Below the pieces are notes generated by a model, which was not told where the DNA came from, made no database searches, and saw only the letters and a list, made by a program, of their open reading frames with translations. This document shows positions 50,952 to 64,000 of a DNA stretch of 64,000 nt, piece after piece. The DNA comes from Octopus sinensis (Eukaryota): positions 26,164,001-26,228,000 of the forward strand of contig NC_043010.1 of NCBI RefSeq assembly GCF_006345805.1, given 5' to 3'. Each line of letters opens with the position of its first letter. The stretch's first letter is position 1. The translations under genes and the position numbers were made by a program.

Positions 50952-50954
<3 letters not shown>
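50104..50954 (-). mobile_element. Internally deleted maT (DD37D-like) mariner-superfamily element
   Basis: The N-terminal EIWKRHALLLDIYARSSNRNISECLGINLRT is fused to MVFGVITIDDDVMLPFIFPHGLRL..EAYIKCLEEVVLPWVKRVAAGRLYVWQ..NIWPPN..ETVQKSCRRF*SRLEA. Short imperfect (C/A)AGGGT termini flanked by TA-rich sequence. The second and third catalytic Asp are decayed, so the spacing cannot be counted here. Confidence 0.8.
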
Positions 50955-51032
<78 letters not shown>

Positions 51033-51041
51033 TATAATATA

Positions 51042-51097
<56 letters not shown>

Positions 51098-51549
51098 AAT
51101 ACACTTATACACTCACATGTATATATTTGTATATATGTATATACGCATATACAAATACATACATACATACACATATATATATATTTATATATGTAAGATA
51201 TGTACATGTATACATGTGTGTGTGTATGACAATGACAACGATAATGTGTGTATGTATGTTTACACATACATACACTTTGTATATCAAGCTGACATTAATA
51301 TATCAAAATGACATTAACCACTCCCAGACATAAAAAGGAATGCAATTAAGGAATTGATAAGAATAAAATAAAGTATTCAAAAAATAAATGAAAGAAATTT
51401 CATGAAGATTCCACAAACTGGCTGATGGTGGACTTTCACCAGACGAAGAAGAATTGTGCCATTACTAATGTGACATGGCTGACATATGGCAAGAACCGTT
51501 TATGGTTTTATGTTATACAATGCAATAACAAAATAATGGTACAATGTGT

Positions 51550-51710
51550 AGGGTCTTCCAGCAGCCACCCTCCCTGGGCAGAACTATTTCCTCCACGCAC
51601 TTGATGTAGGGCCTCTATGTTGAGTTTGAGGCTGTGTGGAGAGATGAATGGAGGCACAACGTCGCCATCACTAGCGATCACTCCAAACACCATGATGCTG
51701 GAACTCACTG
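51550..51710 (-). pseudogene. Second maT-like transposase fragment
   Basis: IMVFGVIASDGDVVPPFISPHSLKLNIEA is homologous to the 50493-50681 segment. Confidence 0.8.
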
Positions 51711-52306
51711 TGACATCAGAGGTAATCGAAAGAGTTAGCACCGTAAGTGCAGATGGATGTCAAAACACTTCCTCGGAATCTCCTATCCAACGCATGTTTG
51801 CATCAGGTGGCCATAGGTGGATGGTCAGAACCCAAGACATATTCACTGATAGTCACCACGATCATCTGTACATCACCCCCAACAGGCTTTGGGTCTTTGG
51901 AAGCAGGTGAGGGCATCTAGGTGTGAAAATCTGCCTCAACAACTACTATCCAACCTATGTGAGCATACAAAAGTGGGCATTGATACAATAAAGATGATGA
52001 TGTCGATGATATAAATACATATGTCTCTCTCTCTCTCCTTAATATATATTGTGGTCGATGCCAGCTCCTCTGGCCCCTTGTGCCAGTGGCACGTAAAAAG
52101 CACCCACTACACTCTCGGAGTGGTTGGCGTTAGGAAAGGCATCCAGCTGTAGAAACACTGCCAGATCAGACTGGGGCCTGGTGCAGCCTCTTGGCTTCCC
52201 AGATACCAGTCGAACTGTCCAACCCCATGACAGCATGGAAAACAGGCGTTAAACGATGATGATGATGATATATATGCACATATATATATATATAGATATA
52301 TATATG

Positions 52307-52357
<51 letters not shown>

Positions 52358-52671
52358 GTATATATATATATATATATATATATGCATGTGAAGTCGCATG
52401 GCTCAGTGGTTGCATGTTGTGTTCTTGAGCAAGACACTTTATTTCACCTTGCTCCAGTTCATTCAGCTGTAGAAATGAGTTGCGACATCACAGGTGCCAA
52501 GCTGTATCAGCCTCGCCTTTCCCTTGGATAACACTGGTGGCGTGGGGAGGGAAGGCCAATATGCATGGGTAACTGCTGGTCTTCTATAAACAACCTTGCC
52601 TGGACTTGTGCATGGGAGGATAACTTCCTAGGTGTAATCCGATGGTCAGTCATGACCGAAGGGTGTCTCCG

Positions 52672-52717
<46 letters not shown>

Positions 52718-53405
52718 GAGTGGTTGTGTGATTCCATTGCATGGCACTTTGGGCAAGTGTCTTCTGCTATAGCCTTTAGCTGAAGAAAATCCTCATTAGT
52801 GGATTTGGTAGATGGAATCTGAAAGAAAGCCCATCATATATATATATGTATATATGTATATGTATGTGTATATGTATGTGTCTATGTGTATATATGTATA
52901 TACGTATGTATCATCACCATTATCGTTGTCATTGTCATCGTCATCACTGCCATTGTTTAACATCCGCTTTTCTATGCTTGAATGGGTCAGATGGAATTTG
53001 TCATGGTTGATTTCCTACAGCCAGTTGCCAAACCTCACCTGTTTCCAATCAAAGTAATATATTTCCCACAGAAAACCAGAACCAAACAACACCACTTGTA
53101 TGGCAGTGACACTTATTTACAATGATCATATGATGTCAAATGAATGATTGAATGAATGAAGGAATGAAGGAAGGAATGAAGGAAGGGAGGAAGGGAGGAT
53201 GGATGGATGGATGCATGCATGCATGCAAGCATGCATACATACATACATACATATGTACATGCATGTGTATGTGTGCCTCCATGGAAACCATGAATTTATC
53301 AGTTACAAATAGAAAACCCTCATTATAATTACTTAAGTCACATACTTACAATAAGAACATTATTCAAGAGATTTGAAATATTTAAAATATGTCAACACAT
53401 TTCAT

Positions 53406-53440
<35 letters not shown>

Positions 53441-54590
53441 GTATTCATAGAGTTTATCTCTGATAAATCTGCAAATATATATATATATGTATTTACATAC
53501 ACATACGCATGCGTGCCCACACATATACATACATTTTATATTTATATTTATATATTTATATATATATATATATATATATAACAGAGATACACACAGCACA
53601 CATATCATCATCAACATCATCGTTTAACATCCGTCTTCAATGCATGATAAATTTCATTACTATGATGAAAAATTTCTTTAATTCTTCAAACACACAAACC
53701 TCATTGAAGTCAAACAGCAATTTTGTCTGTTTTGTATTATTTTTATTAGTATAAAAGATGGGCTGCAGCAAATATTCTGCTCAGTACCACAGATTTGCTA
53801 GTCAGTTGCTTCACCTTAACCAGTTGAGCATGTCCCTCAGTGGCTGATGATATGTGCATCTCTGATCATGAGAAGTAGTGGAGGAGCATCATAGCCATGT
53901 GTTGTGAGGAATTGAGGTTTGAATAATTCACCTCTGGAAACATGGGTGTTTTGTTTATCATCCTTAAACAACCTTCATTCAGGGACCTTTTGAGCAGGAT
54001 GGGCTACTTGACCTGAAGAAAAAATTCTAACTGGGCCTCGCCTGTAAGGTCATGCACTGTTTATTACGATAAAAGGTCACCATCTTATGCACATATGGTT
54101 ATGATGCATGTGCCACCTATCAGATGGGTGGTCATCATTTGGATTTTGTCTATTTGTCCCTCTGTGTCACTTTGATGGCATGCATTGCTCTTTCACTCAA
54201 TAATAATAATAATAATAATAATAATTCTTTCTACTATCGGCACAAGGCCTGAAATTCTAGGGGAGCGGGCTGAGTCAATTATACATCGACCCAGTGCTCA
54301 GATAGTTCTTATTTCATCAACCCCTGAAAGGATGGCAAGCTAATATCAACTCAGAAATTAGAGACACGGAAAATCTCACTTATCATTTTGTCCAGCATAC
54401 TAATACTTCTGCCATCTTGCTGCCTTCAAATATTTCAAAATTTGGCACAAGGCCAGCAATTTCGGAGGAGGGGGTATAAGTTGATTAAACTGTTCCAAGT
54501 GATCAACTGGTACTTATTTTAATGATGAAATGTCACTAAGCATTTTGTCCAGCATGCCAACAATTCTATCAGTTCACTGCCTTAATAATG

Positions 54591-54639
<49 letters not shown>

Positions 54640-54689
54640 TAATAAGGGTGGTGGGGGGGGGGCGGTGGTGGTGATGATGATGATGATGA

Positions 54690-55130
54690 TTGTGTAGTTG
54701 AACACTGTCGGCCAGATATTGTCATATTGAATAAGAGAGAAAAATGCTGTTAGACCATTGATGTAGCCACACCAAATGGCATGAATGTTGTGAGTAAAGA
54801 GGTTGAAAAAATCACCAACTGCTCCGAATTGAAAGTGGAAGTGGTAAGACTGTATGGAATGCGAGAGGGTAATGTAAAAGTGATACCAAAGGTGATTGGA
54901 ACATTGGGCTCAATCCCATTGAAACTTCATGTCTTCTCAAGGCAACTGGAAATCCCATGCAAGATTGATGTCTTGCAAAAAGCAGCCTTATTGGGGACAG
55001 TGCACATCTTAAGGAAAGTATTATCTGTCTGAGGTCATTGTTGTGACTTGACAGATGACTAAAGACTCCAGTGCATTTTTACCTACAGTGTGTTACAAAG
55101 GAATTATAATTATAACAATAATAATAATAG
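54690..55130 (+). pseudogene. R4/Dong-type LINE 3' end (subfamily 3)
   Basis: HCRPDIVILNKREKCC*TIDVATPNGMNVVSKEVEKITNCSELKVEVVRLYG...VIPKVIGTLGSIP...DVLQKAALLGTVHILRKVLSV* (stop 55032), ending in (TAA)n. Confidence 0.88.
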
Positions 55131-55549
55131 GCGCAGGAGTGGCTGTGTGGTAAGTAGCTTGCTAACCAACCACATGGTTCCGGGTTCAGTCCCACTGCAT
55201 AGCATCTTGGGCAAGTGTCTTCTGCTATAGCCCCGGGCCAACCAATGCCTTGTGAGTGGATTTGGTAGACGGGAACTGAAAGAAGCCCATCGTATATATG
55301 TATATATATGTATATGTATGTGTGTGTTTGTGTGTCTGTGTTTGTCCCCCTAGCATTGCTTGACAACCGATGCTGGTGTGTTTACGTCCCCGTCACTTAG
55401 CGGTTCAGCAAAAGAGAAGAGACCGCTAGAATAAGTACTGGGCTTACAAAGAATAAGTCCCGGGGTCGATTTGCTCGACTAAAGGCGGTGCTCCAGCATG
55501 GCCGCAGTCAAATGACTGAAACAAGTAAAAGAGTAAAAGAGTAAAGAGT
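55131..55549 (+). mobile_element. Full-length tRNA-derived SINE 'family A'
   Basis: A-box-like TGGCTGTGTGG, B-box-like GGTTCAGTCC, CORE-like ccttgggcaagtgtctt, and an (AAAGAGT)n tail. More than 20 copies or fragments in the window, e.g. 1313-1633, 46652-47037, 60235-60390 (+) and 36410-36780, 43090-43460, 59805-60205, 61630-62045 (-). Confidence 0.92.
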
Positions 55550-56529
55550 AATAAGGCCCGAATTTTTGGGGGAGGGGGCAATCGATTAGATTGACCCCAG
55601 TACGCAACTGGTACTTAATTTATTGACCCCAAAAGGATAAAAATCGACTTCACCGGAATTTGAACTCAGAACATAAACAGAGACAAAATACCGCTAAACA
55701 TTTTGCCCGGCGTGCTAATGTTTCTTCCAGCTCGCCACCTTAATAATAATAATAATAATAATAATAATGATAATACTATTAATAATAATGATGGTAATAA
55801 TAAAAATGAAAATAATAATTTGATTCCCAGACCAGACTGTGTATTATGTTCTTGAGCAAGACACTTTATTTCATGTTGCTGCAGTTCACTAATCTGCAGA
55901 AATGAGTTGCAATGTCACTGGAGCCAAGATGTATCAGCCTTCACCTTTCTCCTTGAATAAAATTGATGATGTGGAGATGGGAGGCTAGTATGCATGGGCA
56001 ACTGCTGGTCTTCCACAAACAACCTTGCCCAGACTTGTGCCAAAGAAGGGAACTTTCTGAATGCAATTCCATGGTCATTCGTGACCAAAGGGGATCTTTA
56101 CCTTTTAATAATAATAATGATAATAGTCTTTTCTACTCTAGGCACAAGGCCCGAAATTTTGGGGGAGGGGCCAGTCAATTAGATCGATACCAGGACGCAA
56201 CTGGTACTTAATTTATCAACCCCAAAAGGATGAAAGGCAAAGTCAACCTCGGCGGAATGTGAACTCAGAACGTAAACATAATAATCTTAATAATATTGAT
56301 AATAATGATAGCATTACTGATAATCATAATATTTTTCTAATTTCGCAAAAACCCACCAATTTAAGTGAAGGGAAGTTAGATGATTACATCAACCCCAGTT
56401 TAAAACTGGTACTTTGTTTTATCAGCCCTGGAAGGATGAAAGGCAAAGTTGCTCTTAAAGGATAATTCGAATAATGTCCAGTGTTATTTGACATATACCA
56501 TACACAGCATGTGTTTGTGTATATATGTC

Positions 56530-56568
<39 letters not shown>

Positions 56569-57560
56569 ACATGTGTGTGCATGTATACATATGTGTGTGT
56601 GACACACAGAGAGGTACAGCTACACAAGCATGCATGTGTGTAAGTGTACGTAGATTATGTTTATACAGTTATGTATTAATATGGAAATATATGCATAAAC
56701 TACAGGTACATATGCATACATGTATACACACATACATGGGCATACACAAATACACATGTGACTGAGTGTGTGTATATATATAAACACACATACATACATA
56801 TGCACACGTTTTAAACAGAGAATAATGTAATAAGATATAAAAACTGACAGATTTCAAATATATATGTGCAAAGGCAATCTGGACCACACACACACATACC
56901 TCATCTCCCTCTTTCTCTCACACACACATATGCACAACACTATACCTGCACACACACATGCATGCACACCATGCAACCACGTACCTACATATACATACAC
57001 ACAAACAGTCACATGTACACACAGCCAGATATCAACACACACACACAAACACTACCTGCACACACAAACATACCATACAGCCACACACCTACATATACAC
57101 ACCAACACAGTTACATGTACACACAGCCATATAACACAAACACATCTTCATAGGGCCATACATATACACTGACACATGGCCATAAATCTAAACAGACACA
57201 CAGGCATAGAAGCTAATATAAAATTAAATAAAATGAAAGCAAAACAAAACAGGAAGCTAAAAATTACAAAAAAAAATCTACTTTAATTTGAATGGAAGAA
57301 AAATGTCTATTGCATTAGATGGGTAATATATATGTGTATATATGTGTGTGTGTGTATGCGTATATATATAATATAGAGATGCATATTCTCATAAATACTT
57401 ATATATATATACATATATGTACACACACACACACACACATGCATCCATACGTACTTATACAAGTGAAGGTATGGGAGTTAAGTAGAAAAGGAAAATGGCA
57501 CTGGGACAAGTGATCCTGCAAATACAAGAACCGCCCCCCACAAACTGATATTGTGCAAAG

Positions 57561-57606
<46 letters not shown>

Positions 57607-57728
57607 CAGCAGCAGCAGCAGCAGCAGCAGCAATTGCAGTGTTTTCAGGATTTCACTATATATTTGTTCTAATTTAATAGAAAATATGCACACACATCTG
57701 TGTATGTGTGTGTGTATATATATATATG

Positions 57729-57784
<56 letters not shown>

Positions 57785-57888
57785 TAGATAGATAGATAGA
57801 TAGATGTACATATATATATATGTACATATATGTGTGTGTGTATGCATACATCTGCACATATATGTTGTGTGCGTGTGTATAGAGAGAG

Positions 57889-57919
<31 letters not shown>

Positions 57920-57966
57920 CACATGCACATATATACATGTATGTATAAATATATATAGATATATAT

Positions 57967-58018
<52 letters not shown>

Positions 58019-59066
58019 ATATATATGACACATACACATGCATACAAACGGCACACACACACTCCCAGATATAGAGATAAATTACATGCAGAGCGGCTAA
58101 CAGACAGATGGTAATAATGAAAGAAATAAAAAGAAAAAAAACTAATAAAAAGGAAACACAGGGAATATCAAATAAGCCAAAGTCATACACACACATCGCT
58201 GTTTTTTTTTTTATTTTTGGTTAAAATTATATGTTTTGCAGCAATGCAACTAGATATTATTGCTGTTGTTGTTGTTGCTGTTTCTATTGTAGTTAAAGAC
58301 TTAGCATCATGAAGGTTCTATTACTTTTTATGGAAGACAGAATGCTTTAAGGTATTTCTCTCAACACTCTACATTCTGAGTTCAAATCCTGTGTAGGACA
58401 ACTTTGCCATTGATCTTTTTTCAAGGTCAGTAAACTAAAGTGCTTGTTAAGTACTGGCGTGTATGGAGGGGGAGGTTCAATGTAATTCCTTATTAGTCCC
58501 CCCCTCCCTCCCTCCCTCTCCCCATTCCTTAAAATTTGCTGGGCACAAGAAGTACCTCTTCAAATTTCTTGCATTCTGTGCCAAAATCCTGTGAAAGTCC
58601 AATTTGCCATTTGTCCTGGGGTCAATAAAGAACCAGTCAAGTACTGCTTGATGCAAATGACTCAACCTCTCCCTCAAAATTTCTTACTTTGAGTCAAAAA
58701 TCTGAAATCATTATTATTATTATTATTATATTATTATTATTATTATTACTATTATTGAATGAGAGAGCAGTGCATGCCATCAAAGTGACACTGGGGTAAA
58801 ATATAAAAAGCTCAATATATCCATCATGACTACCCATCTGATAAGGGTACACTAGTCACACGTGTATCACAACCATGTGTGCATGACATTATGATCTCTT
58901 ATCAAGATAAATAGTACATATTATTACTTACCTAATTTACACATCCATATAACACACACACACACACACACACGCACACCTTCATAGAGCTATATATCTA
59001 CACATATATACACTGACACATGGCCATAAATCTAAACATACACACAGGCACATCGAAAAATACCTT

Positions 59067-59220
59067 AGGAATGAGAACCCAGGTTTGAAATTTCCCCAAG
59101 ACACCTGATGAAGGCTGGAGGGTATATCAGTCGAAACGTTAACAACAAACAAGATGAGGACAAATAGCCATCAAATGTAAATAATGTACATAATTCCTCA
59201 CCTCTTAAATATAAAACTGT
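59067..59220 (+). mobile_element. pLTR-like repeat with CTGATGA...GAAACGT motif
   Basis: acac-CTGATGA-A-GGCTG-gagggtatat-CAGTC-GAAA-CGTT. The downstream stem I partner is absent. Confidence 0.5.
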
Positions 59221-59755
59221 ATTATTATTATTATTATTATTATTACTGTTATTATTATTACTATTGTCCCTGCTGCTCCAACTGCTGGCGCTTCTTTTGT
59301 CCTTTCTTAGTAAACGAAAAAAAAAATATAAATAAATCTTTCTAAAAATATTAGAAATGAAAATTAGATAAAAATTTTTTAACAATTTAAGAGAATCCCC
59401 CAAAAAAACCTAAAGATTAAAAAATAAACAAAAAACAAGAAATCAAATGAGAAGAAATTCTTCATTCTTCAGATACTTATTGCAACTAAATCGGCTCTGG
59501 TTGATCAGCCACTGATCTGACAGCTTTCCATAGGAAGAAGGAGAACTATTCAAGATCATCCTATGGAACAGTCATCCAGCCAAGCAGAAAGACTGACAGT
59601 CAGACAGGCAGACAGACAGTCGTATTAGACATATTAGTTTTGTCAGTCAGTTCTAACCTGACTTTTATTCACAAATATAATCTTAATTATCTTTGGAGGG
59701 GAGGACAGAAAAATAATCATTCTTGTGAAATAAAATCAAACGTATGTATATGCGT

Positions 59756-59804
<49 letters not shown>

Positions 59805-61845
59805 TACTCTTTTACTCTTTTATTTGTTTCAGCTATTTGACTGCAGCCATGCTGGAGCACTGGCCTTTAGTCGAACAAATCAACCGCAGACCTTAGTCTT
59901 TGTAAACCTAGTACTTATTCCGTCGGTTTCTTTTTGCCAAACTGCTAAGCTCCGGGCACATAGACACACCAACATCAGTTGTCAAGCGATGATGGGGGTC
60001 AAACACAGACACACAAATACACACACACACACACACACTCATATATATACGACAGACTTCTTTCAGTTTCCGTCTACCAAATCCACTTGCAAGGGGTTAG
60101 TTGGCCTGAGACTATAGTAGAAGACACTTGCCCAAGGTGCCACGCAGTGGGACTGAACCCAGAACCATGTGATTAGGAACCAAGCTTCTGACCACAGAGC
60201 CATTCAAATATCAAACTGAGAATGAGTGCTCAACACTGCACTGTGTGGTAAGAAGCTTGCTTCCCAACCAAATGGTTCTGGATTCAGTCTCACTTCATAG
60301 CACCTTGGGCAAGTGTCTTCTACTACAGCCTCGGCCTGACCAAAGCTTTGTGAGTGGATTTGGTATGGAAACTGAAAGAAGCCTATCCAGCCAGCCACCA
60401 TGATTGACCACTGGCTCCAAAAGTTTTTTTTATTCTCTCTCTGTTTATTTCCATGTGTTCCTTTCTGTTGAAGAGCATAGCCTCAAAATGTAAAAGACTT
60501 TCTCACCTTTCTGAGTGTTAAACTAATACACCTGTTTTTTGTTTATACACCTGTCTTCATGTTTTGTCTTTCTGTAAATTTCAACTATATATAAATATAT
60601 GTGTGTGTGTGTGTATACATGTGTGTGTTTGTCCCCAGCCCACCCCATCAGCATTTGACAACTGATGTTGGTGTGCTTACATCCTTGTAACTTAGCAGAC
60701 TGGCAAGTCTTGGGATTGATCTGTTCAACTACAACCCTTCAAGGTGGTGCTCCAGAATGGCCACAGTCAAATGACTGAAACAAATAAATGAGTAAAAGAG
60801 TTCATTAACAAGGCTTCCGATGGTTTCATTTAAAGAGGGATCTCTTAACAATATTTAAACCTGCCACATGAGTACTCATCTCCATTTCTCATCCAAACTG
60901 CTTGTAAATTGTTAAGAGATCTCTTTTCATATGAAGCCATTGGTAGTCTTGTTAACCCACAAATAAAATGTGTGTGTGTGTGCGTGCATGTGTGTGTGTG
61001 TGTGCATATGTATATATTTGGAATTAATGATGGAAGCAGCAATAGTTCAAGACAGCAATCTGCATATCATACTTAATGCAGTTACACTGCATTCTATAGA
61101 AATACAAAATGGCTGACGGTTAGTAAGGAGAGACACAAATAAGAAAGAAGAAAACAAAGGACCACTGATGCGGTCACAGGAGTGTGACGAAAGAACTCTG
61201 GCCGAAATAAGATTAAGATTAATGTAAAAAACAAATAACACTGAAGCAAAATAACACCAAATATATAGTGTGTGTGTGTTTTTATTGGCTAAACTGGCAA
61301 TATGACTATTCCGAAATATAACAATATCTGTTTCAATACACAACTTCACATAAAAAATCTTGCACAACAAATATATATATATTCTTTTATTCTTTTACTG
61401 TTTCAGTCATTTGACCGCGGCCATGCTGGAGCAACGTCTTTAGTCGAACAAATCGAACCCAGTACTTATTCTTTGTAAGCCTAGTACTTATTCTATCGGT
61501 CTCTATTGCTGAACCGCTAAGTTACGGGGATGTAAACACACCAACATCAGTTGTCAGGCGGTGGAGGGTGGGACAAACACAGACACACACATACATCAAT
61601 ATGTGTGTGTGTGTGTACATATATATATACTCTTTTACTCTTTTATTTGTTTCAGTCATTTGACTGTGGCCATGCTGGAGCACCGCCTTTAGTCGAGCAA
61701 ATCGACCCCAGGACTTATTCTTTGTAAGCCTAGTACTTATTCTATCGGTCTCTTTTTGCCGAACCACTAAGTTACGGGGACATAAACACACCAGCATTGG
61801 TTGTCAAGCGATGTTGGGGGGACAAACACAGACACACAAACATAT

Positions 61846-61884
<39 letters not shown>

Positions 61885-62046
61885 CGACGGGCTTCTTTCA
61901 GTTTCTGTCTACCAAATCCACTCACAAGGCTTTGGTCGGCCCAAGGCTATAGTAGAAAACACTTGCCCAAGGTGCCACGCACGCAGTGGGACTGAACCCA
62001 GAACCATGTGGTTCGTAAGCAAGCTACTTACCACACAGCCACTCCA

Positions 62047-62091
<45 letters not shown>

Positions 62092-62199
62092 CGCTGGGCT
62101 TCTTTCAGTTTCCGTCTACCAAATCCACTCACAAAGCAGTGGGACTGAACCTGGAACCATGTGGTTGGGAAGCAAGCTTCTTACCACACAGCCACTCCT

Positions 62200-62430
62200 A
62201 TATTGAAGGAAAGAAAATGGAGAAAAAGTGAATGTATGAATAATTTATTTGTATGATATGAAAATGTCGAAAAGTTGTAAAGCTCAAAAAAAAAATTTTG
62301 AGGTTTACAACTTATAATTAATATATTTGTATTGTTATGTTTTTTAAAAAAGGCTTTTCAACATTTTTATATCATGCAAATAAATTTTTCATGCATCCAC
62401 TTTTTCTCCATTTTCTTTTTCCTTCAATAT
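62200..62430. repeat. 31-bp inverted repeat bounding the 5' side of a pLTR-like copy
   Basis: atattgaaggaaagaaaatggagaaaaagtg (62200) versus cactttttctccattttctttttccttcaatat (62399-62430). Confidence 0.75.
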
Positions 62431-62571
62431 TAATAATATGTATTACTCCAATAATCCCTAACATACAGCAGTGCATTTCGCATAATACGATAGTGATTAA
62501 CCAATGGAATCTTTTGGATTATATAATCCCTAATGTGGATCTAGCTTCCTCCAAATGACTGTATAATTATA

Positions 62572-62605
<34 letters not shown>

Positions 62606-63575
62606 AAATAAATGCACACTTTTAAAGCCTAGCCAGGCTCATATGCCCAGTTTCCCCAGTGTCTATGGCATATTTGTTCCCCAGCTGGACGGGACTGCAG
62701 CGTTACTCATTTTTCCCGGCTGAGTGAACTGGAGCAATGATATATATATAAATAAATACAAAAATGGAACAAAAACGCAATAGAAGGCATTAAAATGCTC
62801 GGACAGACAGACGACACAAAGGTGAACAAGAGAAACAACAATTTGAAAGACAGGCAAAAAAGACGGGTCATTCTTAGCCTTCTTTCCTCAGACAAGTACC
62901 AGAAGTCATGACCATTTCGGACAGTTGCACTGAGATGGTTCGATCTGGTCATATATATATATATATATATACACACGTATTATCATCATCACTGTTTTAC
63001 CAGGCACATTTCCATGCTTGTACAGGTCAGACAAAATTTGCTGAGGCAAATTTTCTACACCTGAATACCCAGCCTGTTGTTAACGTTCACCTGTCTCCCA
63101 GTAAGAGAGATATTTCCTCCAATCTATCAAACAACAAACAACCGAGACATAGCTACAAGGTAAAGTGGAAACAAGACCGCTGCATGTTGTTGTATCCCAG
63201 GAGGGTCATCATGCTAATAATAAACACTTGCACTGATTCTATTTCACTTGTTTATTATTTATTAGTCACTTGGTTAACATCTGCTTCAGGTCCTCCCTCA
63301 AGAGACAGATCTTAAGCAGTCTCAGAGATTAGTTAATTGGTTAAATGGTTAAATAACTAATAAATAATAATGAAATGAAACAGAAACAATTTATGTTTAT
63401 TATGGGCATGATTACCCTCCTGGGATACAACAATATATAAACAGATGAAAGTCAGAACTCAATACATTTCATTTTGTTGGGGCTGTAAGTATTTAATGAT
63501 ATTCTCAAATGAATATATCACCATCTTCATCATCATTGTTTTACATCCGCTTTCCATGCTGGCATGGGTTGGACA

Positions 63576-63610
<35 letters not shown>

Positions 63611-63699
63611 TATATATATTTTCTATTCCTGAGCGTTATTCTAATACATCTGTTTGTTTTGTACACCACCTGTCTTCGTCTATTGTTTTTTCGTAAACG

Positions 63700-63794
63700 C
63701 TCCATGCATGTATGTATGTATGTATGTATGTATGTAGGTATGTAGGTATGTAGGTAGGTAGGTAGGTAGGTAGGTAGGTAGGTAGGTAGGTAGG

Positions 63795-63838
<44 letters not shown>

Positions 63839-63982
63839 GATATAGATATATATGTAGATATATACAGATATATATAGATAGATATGTAGATGGATGGATG
63901 GATGGATGGATGAATGGTTATGGATAGATATGATTAGATATAGATAGATAGATACATACATACATACATACATACATACATA
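63700..63982. repeat. Compound tetranucleotide microsatellite (TATG)n(TAGG)n(TAGA)n(TGGA)n(CATA)n
   Basis: Read directly from the sequence. Confidence 0.97.
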
Positions 63983-64000
63983 GATGGGCGGACAAATAGA

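Noticed and set aside
55131-55210. tRNA-like heads as true tRNA genes
   Set aside because: They have A/B-box-like motifs but no complete cloverleaf, and they continue into SINE bodies in many diverged copies.

Overview
This window is AT-rich, microsatellite-dense animal genomic DNA. The SINE families and (AT)n/(AAT)n/(AC)n load strongly suggest an octopus, which is an inference. There is one 100-N assembly gap at 5445-5544. The only host coding sequence I can support is five minus-strand exons of an NDRG-family alpha/beta-hydrolase-fold gene: 49792-49849, 26433-26550, 24778-24840, 23382-23442 and 22473-22559. They splice in phase with GT-AG sites into 129 uninterrupted codons. Everything else is intron-like and packed with transposable elements: at least five SINE-like families, a decayed DD34E Tc1 with IR/DR ends, maT/mariner relics, hAT-, Merlin- and piggyBac-like non-autonomous elements, three Helitron-type elements, R4/Dong-type RLE LINE tails in (TAA)n tracts, an RTE tail, a LINE ORF1 relic, and a Penelope-like GIY-YIG C-terminus. 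The most notable hidden signal is a set of type I hammerhead-ribozyme-like folds in several unrelated short repeats. One is fully canonical (6001-6064) and lies inside a ~492-bp ORF-less partial-tandem unit. Another is physically attached to the Penelope endonuclease relic. Hammerheads in Penelope-like elements are a known phenomenon, but these particular families and core variants may be undescribed. All folds were done by eye and none is experimentally tested. Repeat boundaries are approximate unless a TSD or terminus is cited.
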